Assembly (NCBI RefSeq): GCF_001194135.2
Contig: NC_068981.1
Coordinates: 54,286,571 to 54,350,570, forward strand
Source of the DNA: Octopus bimaculoides
Lineage: Eukaryota
Reading direction: 5' to 3'
Length of the DNA stretch: 64,000 nucleotides
The notes under the pieces were generated by a model. That model saw nothing but the letters and a program-made list of their open reading frames with translations. It was not told the origin of the DNA and ran no database searches. Below are positions 53,270 through 64,000 of the stretch, piece after piece. The position numbers and the translations under genes are program-made. Position 1 is the first letter of the stretch; each line of letters begins with the position of its first letter.

Positions 53270-53450
53270 TCATCAAGAGGACCAACCATGAAAGACATTC
53301 TAGTTGTGATCATCAAGTCTTTTTGTATACTCAGAACAACATGATTCAAAATTGCTCTGGTTGTATCCTTCCATTTTTAAGACAATATGATCTAAAGGAA
53401 ATTTGGCTGATATTTCTACCAAAATGAAAGACCACATAGAAGCTTTCTTG
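53270..53450 (+). repeat. Interspersed repeat family E (also ~38760, 39980, 41815, 42020, 48240, 58555, 62690)
   Basis: Recurrent ..GATTTGGCTGCTATTTCTAGC..GAGTGACCAC.TAGA.GC.. and ..CTATGATCAAAG.CATTC.AG.. segments. Class unknown. Confidence 0.55.
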
Positions 53451-53479
53451 TTGGTTGTTGACCCACTTCATCTCCTCTC

Positions 53480-53886
53480 ACTTTATCTTTTACTTGTTTC
53501 AGTCATTGGACTGTGCCCATGCTGGGACACTGTCTTGAAGGGTTTTGTCATTGATCCCAGTACTTATTTTTTTAAAGTCTGGTACTTATTCTATCAGTCT
53601 CTTTTGTGGAACTACTAAGTTACAGTAATGTAAACAAACCAACACTGGTTGTCATGTGGTGGTGGGGAGACGAGCACAAACTCACACACAAGTAGATATA
53701 TATATACATACATACATACTTTGTGCATGCTTGCTTCAATTTCTGTCTTACCAAATCCACTTACAAGGCTTTGGTCAGCCTGGCCTTATAGTCAAAGACA
53801 TTTACCCAAGGTTCCACACAGTGGAGCTGAACCCTGAACCATGTGGTTAAGAAGTAAACTTCTTAACACACAGCCACATCTGCACC
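53480..53886 (-). mobile_element. SINE family C, full-length (~400 bp) copy
   Basis: tRNA-like head, CCTTGGGCAA-type core, internal microsatellite, tail ending in AAAAG repeats. Matches 63205-63590. Confidence 0.8.
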
Positions 53887-54956
53887 TTTTTATCTATTCA
53901 TTATTTATTTTAAATGGTTGGCTATTGTGAGATGTCCTTCTAATTGAGAACCTAGTCTATCAAAATATCTCTACAATTGTGATGATGTGAAATTATAATA
54001 TGATAGCAATTTATCATTAATACTTGTCAAGACTGGTTTGTTTTTTGTTTTTTTGTTTTTTTTTGTTTTCAAGGATTCCAATGACTTTTTGCTTTCACTT
54101 GCATGAGATACACACATCATATGGTATTGTGCTTGTAGAAATATGGAAAGCAGTGTTGCATAAAAACAACCAAATAGAACAATAGTCGTAAATTATTCCC
54201 AAAGGATTTTGAAGAACCAATTAGCTTAATAGCAATTTGTACCAGGCACAAATATATTCACAATCAAAGCTAATACAAATTAACAACTGCTTTTTCTCTG
54301 TTATCAGTCATCAAATTGCTATTCATCTTGTCTTAGAAACTCACAAACATTCACAAACACATATTCAGTTATTAATGCATGTTATATGTATTTGATAGAC
54401 AAGTTTAACCTAACAATGACTGCCTTTATGCTTTACATTTTCTTTTCTTCACAGTTGGCAGGAGAATATAGATGGTAAAGAAAAAAAAAATGTGCTGATA
54501 TAAAAAGCTAAAAGTATTTTTTTGTGTGTTTGAAGAAAATTGCAATGAGTTTTAAATTTAGAATTTTAAGAGCATATGAATTATCTGTCTGTTTTTCTAT
54601 CTACCCACATGTGCGTATAAGTGTATAAACATACGTATATAAATATATATTGGTCTATGTATGTATACACTCATACACATCATCGTCATCATCATAATTT
54701 TTATGTCTGCTTTTTCCTTGCTGGCATGGGTTGGATGAATCTTTTTAGGAAGTATTCTCCAGCCAATTGTCCTTCATGAAGCCAACCCTTATTTTAGAAT
54801 TAGGCACTATATTCCTCTGGTCCTTGACTGTAAAACTGCCAAACTGCAAGTCATATTGTTTATGCAAATGTCACTACTATACAGTCAGTACCAATCAAAC
54901 AAACATACATACACGTGTATACACATGCGCATGCACACACACACAAACACACACAC

Positions 54957-55011
<55 letters not shown>

Positions 55012-55034
55012 TGGTCTCTCTTGTTGAAAATGAT

Positions 55035-55306
55035 GTATGAGTGTTTAGCTTTTGCCAAATGATCTGCACAAATGATTTGTTTTATAGTGATCAAATATAT
55101 GCACTGTACATTAGCTCACTCTCTCCATCAAATCCATGTTGCCTGAACAGGTGCATGGTGTACCACATACCAGGTGTTGAAGTGATTGCAGAGTAATGTG
55201 CGATGATGTGTTTTGCTCAAGAACACAACACACCACCCTGCCAAGGAATTGAAACTACGATCTTGCAGTTGTGAGTACAACACCCTAACCACTAGGCCAT
55301 GCTCCC
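55035..55306 (-). mobile_element. SINE family B copy
   Basis: Reverse-complement homology to 11008-11295. Confidence 0.8.
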
Positions 55307-55357
55307 TTTCGCACGCGCACCCCCACACGCACCCCCACCCCACACACACACACACAC

Positions 55358-56411
55358 CAGGCTGAGTAAAAAAGTAAACAACATTTGAAAACATTAAATT
55401 CATCACAATATATTACAACAATGTGGAAATTTTATTCATCCAGCACATTTTTGCCAATGAGTTACAAATTTGTTTATTCCAGTAACATTAAAATCTGGAG
55501 CTGATGGGCTTTTTGAATGTACTTTCAGCATTGGTTTGATTTTTTAACTCCTCTGACAGGAAACTATCAAGGTGCTTGAAAAAGTGGTAGCCAGTAGGAG
55601 AAAGGTCTGGGGAATAAGCTGGGTGGGAAAGAACTTCATAGCCAAGTTCTTTCAACTTCTGGAGCATCATTAATGAAACGTATGGTCGAGCACTGTCATG
55701 AAAAATGATTGGCCCTCTTCTGTTGACCAGTCTGGGAGGGAGGAGTAGCAGTTTTTCATTAATTTTGGCAATTTCATGGCAATATGTTTCTGCAGTAATG
55801 GTTTTTCTAGGTTTTAAGAAGTTATAATGGATGAGTCCAGCAGTACATCAACAAACAGTCACCATAACCTTCTTTTTGAAGAGCTTGGGTTTAGGGAAAG
55901 TTTCCAGTGCTTCATTTCCATCCAACCACTGCGAAGAACATTTTTTTATTATTGTAGAGAATCCTCTTTTCATTGCAAGTTAAAATACGGTTCAGAAATG
56001 GATCGGTCTGGTTACAGAGAAGAAGCGATGAGCAAATTTCATACCTGTGCATTTTCTGATTTTCATTCAAATCTTATGGTACCCATTTGCTGAAGTTTTT
56101 TGATTTTCTGATCACATGCAAATGGTTGCAGGCAGTTTTCTGGTTAACGTGAAGTTCTTTTGCCAGTTCTTGAGTGGTTTTATGTGGATCTTTCTCAATG
56201 ATGGTCTTTAATTGACCGTCATCGATGACTGATGGGTGTTCACTACACTCATGATCTTCAAAGCTCAGGTCTCCCCTTGATGCATTTGGTCAAGTCTATG
56301 TTTGTATTATTAGACAATTGCAAAAGAATGTTTAGAAAAGTTCAAAACTCTGCAAAAATCTAGTACAAATTCTTCATGGTTCAAAATGTTGCTTACTTTG
56401 GACTCAACCTG
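55358..56411 (-). mobile_element. Mariner element, both ~32-bp TIRs, dead transposase
   Basis: TIRs CAGGCTGAGTAAAAAAGTAAACAACATTTGAA and CAGGTTGAGTCCAAAGTAAGCAACATTTTGAA. Minus translation has KWVP*, ILTCNEK (D1>N), IIFHDSARP and HPAYSPDLSPTGY (D3>G). First HTH deleted. Confidence 0.93.
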
Positions 56412-59400
56412 ATATATATGAACTGGGCTTCCGTGTTGTTTCTGTCCCCCAAAACCTACTCATAAGGTATTGACCAACCTTGAAATCACTTGCAAAAACG
56501 AACTTCTTAATCACACAGTCATGCACACAATGAAATGAAGAGTAGAGAAAGAGAGAGAGAGAGAGAGAGTCGGTAATGTTTAAATATTTGATGTAAACAT
56601 ACAAGGTATGCCAGACAACGAAGAACAAAACAAAGCTCACAGAAAAGCAGGCTCCAAATAGAAAGGACAGCACTCCCAGAAAAACAGCACATATACAACT
56701 AGATAGATTGAAGAAACAAGCCATTCAATTAATTTTCAATTAATTAAACAGTCCCCAATCCTAATGATGAATCCAATGCATCAATGCAAGCTACTGCATG
56801 TCATGAGGAGGTGGCTTCTATTGCTACTCCCATGATAGTAACCTTGGATGATATATGGTGGCAGCATTTTTGGCATCATGGGGATGTTAGCTGGTTCCCT
56901 TCACCCTAATAACATTCCAGATGCAGCTGTTGATAAGGGTCAAATCCAGTGAGTTAGGAAGTCACATGGTTCTGTTTGGTCTCATTCAGTATGAACTGCC
57001 CTCTCCTCATCATGTACAACTTGTACCTGATGTCTTCATGCACCATATCTGAAAGTAGGCTCTGTCACTTTGAGCTGCTCAGCAGTGGCCATCATCAACT
57101 CACATTGGGTGTTATTGATATCCTGGATTTGCTAAATAAACTCAGCTGCCCTGAAAACATCTGGCCACCAAGAATATTTCTTTCTCTTGGACATAGGTGG
57201 CACAGGAAAACAGTGAACACTTGATTACATTCAAGAAGCTGGTAATCTGGGAATCACTGTAGTTAGCTGCTGAAGCAAGAAGCAAAGCATATTTTGCAAA
57301 AAGTTTCTCAATTGATATATATATATATATTCATTAAATATATATATCTATTAGAAGCAAAGTTTTGAAGCATCAGGTCCTTATTATGCAGAACTTGCTT
57401 ATCATTACTGTTTATTCTGGTATAAATAGAAATAATAACATTAATCCTACACTACATTTTGGAGAATAGATGTAGCATTTTGTCTTTTAACTACAAATTG
57501 TTAACTAGCAGGATATTTTGGGCAATTGAATACATTTATCATAATCATATTTACTTCATTTAAATATAAGCAAAATATAACTTCTGTGAAGGTAACACTT
57601 GTTTAGGAAATATTACTTGCTTGTGAGAATTATTAGAGGGTTTATTTATGTATGTAATCTATTACATTCATATTACATTGTTATTCAACAAATAAGCTAA
57701 TTTAAGTTTTCTCTAAGATGCATACATGCATAGCTTTATGGTGACTGATGCATCTTTGCGCTTATCAGTCAATCCTCTATTTTAATGTAAATCATTGTTG
57801 TTGTCATCACCATCATCATCTTGTACTCATTTTCCATACTGGTACAAGTTGGTCAGGTTGCTGTGGTCCAATTTAGTTCTTATTTACAGTTATTGCTCAC
57901 TAGACATGTTGGAGGACCAGAGTTTGCTAATACATTCTGTTTTTTTTGTAGTTTTTACAACTGGATGCTAACTACTTTGGAGTATAGTGAATTTGTTTTG
58001 TCAATAACATTAGCATTAATTAGAGAGGTTGTCACATTCTTAATGTGATCAAATTTATTTGATCACCAATCACTTTGCCGGATATACTGAATACATTTTA
58101 TTGTGGCATCAGCACAAGGGAGGTGTCATGTCACCTGCAAGACTAATGAGTTTGCTCTATTCTATGTAGCTTGCATTCTTTTCCTGGTGACTGTTTCTAA
58201 AAGTATGAAACAGATGAGATGTAAATATGATAGGATAGGATGGTAGGGAAGAGGGAAAAATAGGGGAGATGTTAAATTCCCAAGGTTTCTACAACAGAAT
58301 TAATGCTTCACTAAATCAGTAATGTGCAATTTTTTTCAATGTTATAGATGTGATGCATGTTAAGCATGTCTTTTGTGAAAATTGTGGCATTATCACTCAC
58401 CAGCATCATCATCATCGTATTCCTCCTACATAGATCAATGTTATCTCAACCAATCCAAATACTGTTCAAAAGACAATAATGAACTTGTGCATTTTTTTTC
58501 TGTAGTTTAGAAGTTAACTTTGCTTAAAATTACTATATTGTTGTTTATAGCAAGATCAAATTTGATTGAGCAGGTCTATGATCTTATGTGTTGGAGCTGT
58601 ACCAACTCTATCATTTATATTAGTAGCTTCATTTCTATATTAGTAGTTTAAGGCAGTAATGTGTGATTTGGTTTCTATTTCTTGCAGGATGAGTGACCAC
58701 ATAGAGGTTCACTTGTTGGTTTGGTTTTCTTTATGTAGCTATTTCATTCCTTCTTTTTTTTTTTACAGCAAATAATCAATATGTCCTATTCCAAGATATC
58801 CAGGTATCAAATTGCAGCATTCACATATTATGAGTCATCCAGGTTTTGCGTCTAAGTAAATGCCTGTATTATCCATATACACAGCCTGAACCATCCATAT
58901 TCATAGCCTGAAGCATCCATTTAAAGGCACTATGTACATACTGTTATGCAAATACTCTAAGCTTAATAAATACATATTAACCTCAAGTGTACACTTATCC
59001 ACTTTTGTGTGTATACATTCATTACAATGAGTGCTTATATGAGCATTCACTTATGATCAACAACACACAAACATTACTTGTATTCATTATTGCATGTAAA
59101 CACAAACACTACCAAAGTATATACACTGATCGTTTGATTATAGACACTGTGTAGACACACACTCACACACACGCACATTGAGATCATCTTAAGTGAGACT
59201 CATTCATATACAGCAACTTATGTCCCAAGCACCCACATATTTCTTTATACTTCATATGAACTATTTAATAAGATGTCTGTAATTGTTCTGTCAACTTTGT
59301 AAACAATCACTCTTCTACCTTGATCAGATAACCAGTTAGTGTTCTAGGCAGAGCAGTTACAATGCGGAAGCTACTTCCCGCTGGGTTAAGGCATAGTTCC

Positions 59401-60559
59401 TTTTGTTAGAAGTATTCTTCTCTCAAGGCATGTAATCTCCTTTTCACTGATCAATTCTGTCTTAGCCTCTAACTTTTCCTGTTAGTCCCATCTTTTAACT
59501 ATCTCTCTCTCTCATTCTGTCTCTCTCTTTTTCTCACTCTCTTTCTCTCTCAGTATTTGTGTAGCTCTGTGTGCTTAAATATATTTATACATACACATAT
59601 AAATATTTATTTTTATATACACATACACACACACACATTTACATATGCTTGTATATATGTTTTTTACATGCACGTGTGTGTTTGTGTGTGCAGACATTAT
59701 TTTGTGGTTCAGAAGTTTGCTTCATAACCATATAGTTTCAGGTTCAGTCCCACTGCTCAGCACTGAGGGCATGTGTCTTTTATTATAGCTTCAGGTTGAC
59801 TATAGCTTGTGAGTGGATTTGGTAGATGGGGACTGAAAAGAAGCTTGATGTAGGCATATATATGTATGTGTGTGTACATGCACACACACACATGTGCACG
59901 CACACACACACAGACATATTTAATTTCACAAGCTTTGATTACTGGTAGATTTTTTTTAGTGTTGTTTAAAATATAATTTCACCCCACTCTTTTTTAGGTT
60001 TGCTTTGCCTCAATAAAATCATTTCTGTGGTCTTCAAAACATTTTGTTGTTATCTTCTTTCATATATGTATGAATAAGAAGATTTGCACATTTCCAAATA
60101 TAAAGAAAGGTTTTAATTATAGTGAATATTCTTGTATATGTATATGTGTGTGTCTGTATGTGCAAGTGTGTGTGTGTGTGTGTGTAATTAGGTACCATTT
60201 CTTCTTGTTTGACTAACCAAATGACTGCAAATTCTTGTAATCAGTTTTATGGTGTTGGCACATCACCTACTCAGATTAACACCACCTTCTCACCATGTGT
60301 GCCTTTATTTAGAGTTTGCCCTGTTGCAAGAATTCAAACTTCGGTCTTGACAAGGGCAGGGTTATTTTGACTTCAAGATGCACCAACTAGCTATGCATCC
60401 TTCCTTACATGTTGGAAACTAAATTTGCTCAATAATTTTCCCCTCTTCTTTAAAAAAAAAATCTATGGATTCTGAGAAAACCTCCCCCCCTCCCCACTAC
60501 ATTTCACTTCTTACTAACATGTAAACTACATATTGTATTCCTCTTTGTGACATAAATCT

Positions 60560-62250
60560 CTCATCCCTTCTCTTTTAACCTATAGTTCACATCTGTTGTC
60601 AAGACTAAACTCTCTTCAAATTTTACTTCAAAATATGGTGTTTGCACATATGTAGATTCTTCTCTCTCCATCTACTCACCTCTTTCACTGGGATATCATC
60701 AACAAAAATTTCCTGTTACTCTGGCTCTTAGGCTCCCTTTCTCCAGGTACATCTACTTTCTATATCTCTCATCAACCACCAAAATGTTTTCATCATATTT
60801 CTTAATATATCAAGGTTATCTGTGTCACTTCATCACTTTTGACTCTTGCACTTGTCACATTATTGATGCCGCTGATGCAGAAACTGAATGTTTCCCAATC
60901 CTCACAATTCTCAACTCTTTACATCAACTTGATTCATCACTAACCCACATCCTTGACCAACATACTGACACTCCAAGTATACTTGTTCTCTTTCTCACTT
61001 CCAAATCCAATCTCTACAGTCTTTGCACTTATTGGATCATATGATCACTGTCTCAGTGTGATTAACACAGGCACATCCTATGAAGTGCCTTCCATCTCCT
61101 GAACTCTAGTAGTTCAAGCCAGCTGACTGGTAGGAGCTCTGACAGCTCCTTGCTATCACTGGCAGCATACACTCAAACACATCACTCCTGAACTATCAGG
61201 GGCAGCCATATGAACTCATCCTCTTAGGCTTGTCCTTCCACATCCTATACACAACCAAAACTCATATCCCCAAGACCTCCTAAGTGGTTTAGCCATAACT
61301 TCACTGCAGCAGTTTGGGTTAAAAATACTGCCTAGGCCACTTGGAGCAAATCAACCACCCCATACAAACTTGATAGCTTTTATCCAGTACCACATATCAT
61401 ACAAAACTGTCCATACTGTGATGTATTCCTCTGTGCATTACACAGGTTGCAATCTCCCCCACATTCCAACTTACAGCGAATCTTTTTGATGCTTTACCAA
61501 AAGTTCTCTACTAACTTTATGGAATCCATGTTTCCTCCATTTCTCAACTATGGTGGTTCTGTAAGTAATATTCCCATGATAAAGACACTATATTTGCTAC
61601 CCACTTTACACTTAAGTACACATTGTACACACTAGGGAAATTTCCTCCAAGACTTTCCTTTTCATTTCACCAGACTCATCTCTATGTACACATATAAACC
61701 AAATGTGAAAGCATCTGATTTCTTCAAACCAATAGGGCCACTAGCCCAGACAGTATCTCTTTGAATTCTTTTAAACAATAAACCCCAGAGTTAGCCCCTA
61801 TCTCCTCACCAGATTCCTCTCTCTCCCTCCCCATGTTACAGTATCCCTCATGCCCCAAAAGGTAACTATTCTACTATTTGCCAGCTTTCATACTTTTGTG
61901 CTCACTTTCAGTATTTTAAAAGTGAAGAACTTGGTATAAACATCAACCTTCTCCACCACCTTGAATCTCTTAGTGATCACTTGTAAGGCTTTCGTAAAGT
62001 CATATCTACAAGAAACCTACTCTTCTATGACACTCAGCAGTGGGACTTACTCTTGAGAAGTTTGGTGGAACACTGTGGTTGTCCTTGACATCAGCAAATC
62101 TTTCAGTGATGTCTGGCTTGCAAATCTCTTGTCAAACCTGCTTGCCTGTAGGCTCCATCCATCTCTTGTCTCTTAGATTAGTAAGCAGTTCATATATGTT
62201 TGTCAATGTTCAGTTTTGTTATCCACATTCTTTATCTTATACATCAACAA
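60560..62250 (+). mobile_element. Highly decayed L2/CR1-group LINE ORF2 (endonuclease to RT start)
   Basis: THILDQHTDTPSILVLFLTS..IGSYDHCL (endonuclease end) and VVVLDISKSFSDVW (RT motif LDISKAFDRVW) at ~62065-62110. Confidence 0.75.
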
Positions 62251-62366
62251 TCCACTTGCCTACACCTCTAACCAGCCCTCAAAAAATAGGCCTACGATCA
62301 AAGGCATTTCAGTCATGACCATCTTAATTTTTTAAAAATCAGCTGTATATCTTAGACTACATATAG

Positions 62367-62605
62367 ATGAAAATTCAGCTCAAAGGTCACTATTTTAACA
62401 CTGTTGTTGAGATCCAGAGTGAATCACAGAAGGTCCTTGACTCACTTACAGAAAATGACTCCCAGGCTGGATTCCAAAAGTGGCAAGAACACTGGGAACT
62501 GTGCATTGCTGCACAAGGTGACTATATCAAAGGAGATGATGTTAAAACTTAGGTAAATAAGTTATTTTTTATTAAACATAACTAGTCTGGGAACTTTTTT
62601 CATTC
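62367..62605 (+). mobile_element. Mariner transposase C-terminal fragment and partial 3' end
   Basis: LKGHYFNTVVEIQSESQKVLDSLTENDSQAGFQKWQEHWELCIAAQGDYIKG matches LKG.RF....EI......W..RW..C....GDY. Confidence 0.85.
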
Positions 62606-63204
62606 TTCTTTTGATAGTAAAAAGATAAACATTTTAGTACTAAATAAACTTTCATCTTAGTACAACTTAATTATTGTTGTTCTTGATGTTACTTGTTAGC
62701 ACTAAATTAGCCCTGCTTCAGCAGTCTTATTTTAAAAAGTATGTTAGCTATGAGCATTCTATTTTTATTTAAATAGATAATGTATCTAGAACTACATTAT
62801 CTGATGTGTTTGTCGTTTTCAGATCGTAAGTTTGAGAAAGATTTAACTGCTATTTCTAGCAGGTCGAGTGGCCATGGAAAGCTCCTCCATTGGTTCAACA
62901 TAATAATTAACTTTATTGCTTTGGTGAAACAATTAATTAAATCTGCTGCTGATATTAATTGGATTGTTTTGTCAGATTTTTTTTTTTTAGAATTATATTT
63001 AAGAATATGATGATGATGATTTCAGAATACTCATTTTATTTCTACCATCATAACAACACATTAGTACTATTCTTATTTTCCCAAACAAGTCAAGATCATT
63101 TTCAAAATATTATTAACATTATGAAAAGCAAAACCTTTATAGCTGTCATTGTTATACTAGTTTTAAATTATTTGCTTGCCTTTGAAATATTATTATTATA
63201 AATG

Positions 63205-63590
63205 TAGGTGCAGGCATGATCGTGTGATAAGAAGTTTGCTTCCCAACCACATGGTCTCAAGTTCAGTACCACTACATGGCACCTTGGGCAAGTGTCTGGG
63301 GCTGAAGTAGACTTCAGCCCCAGCCAACCAAAATCTTGTGAGTGGATTTGGTAGATGGAAATTGAAAGGTGTGTGTGTGTGTGTGTGTTTGCATTTATCC
63401 CCTACTATTGCTTGACAGTTGGTATTGGTTTCTGTTCCTGTAACTTAGCAGTTAATCAAAAGGATACTAATAGAATAAATACCAGACTTAAATAATAAGT
63501 ACTGGGGTCAATTTCTTTGACTAACCCCTCAATGTGATACTTCAGCATAGCCACAGTTCAATGACTGAAAAATGTAAAAGATGCTATTGA
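63205..63590 (+). mobile_element. SINE family C, full-length copy
   Basis: Homology to 53480-53886. Confidence 0.8.
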
Positions 63591-64000
63591 AAACTGCATC
63601 TTTGAATTCACTTGTATCACATTCGTGACAATTACATCTGTTAATTCCCCTTCAGGTTTTACTTAAACTAACTAATTTTTTTTTTTAAATCATAATATGG
63701 AGAGGTGAGAGATGTCAAATGTCTCAAGTAACCATTTTGAAATTGTATGAGAAAAAATAATTATATTGATTTTTGTATCATACCTTCACGGGCCTCTGTT
63801 CTATATTTGTTCATTTTCTTGTTCATCCTTAGATACACATAAAGAATTAAGTTTAGAAACAAGGAATCCAAAAAATCTACTAAAAAATTTTGGAATTTAA
63901 GGAAGAACTTGCTTGGTTCTATATAGACTGAATAAATTTTAAAAAATGTCTTAGTAAAAAATTCTTTCAATGTTGATTTTTGCTGTAAAATAAATGCCTC

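Larger units (their letters stand above)
35851..64000 (+). other. Intron following the first coding exon of the ZNRF3-like gene (extends beyond window)
   Basis: GT donor at 35851. No HP..LC-type next exon was found by eye in the remaining 28 kb. Confidence 0.7.

Noticed and set aside
54455-54474. 20-nt microexon candidate (ttttcttcacAG...GATG|GTAAAG) in the ZNRF3-like intron
   Set aside because: It would frameshift, shows no homology to the expected next exon, and such motif pairs occur by chance. Needs RNA-seq.
56760-57260. Coding-like intronic segment as ZNRF3-like exon 2
   Set aside because: No HP..LC or GW.GVVKL motif in any plus frame and multiple stops. Probably an old repeat.

Overview
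AT-rich, microsatellite-dense animal genomic DNA with N gaps. The SINE families and simple-repeat content point to a cephalopod, most likely Octopus (inference, not database-checked). Only one host coding exon is supportable: 35383-35850 (+), the signal peptide and start of the PA ectodomain of a ZNRF3/RNF43-type Wnt-receptor E3 ligase. It has a ~70-aa Pro/Gly-rich insertion and is followed by a >28 kb intron that runs past the window end. The rest is nested, mostly decayed transposons: RLE-type (Dong/R4-like), Tx1/L1, CR1/L2 and Penelope-like retroelements, mariner, hAT (Charlie- and Tip100-like), Chapaev-like, a Helentron-associated element, and at least three tRNA-headed SINE families. The most notable non-coding signal is six minimal type-I hammerhead ribozyme motifs from three repeat families (three with an intact catalytic core, two with one core substitution, one degenerate). 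One family is a Penelope-like GIY-YIG element whose 3' repeat begins with a tRNA-like Pol III promoter and ends in a hammerhead. The same module occurs without the ORF as a TSD-flanked inverted pair. Most ORFs in the supplied track are artefacts of microsatellites or N gaps. Protein motif comparisons were made by eye from remembered family consensus sequences.
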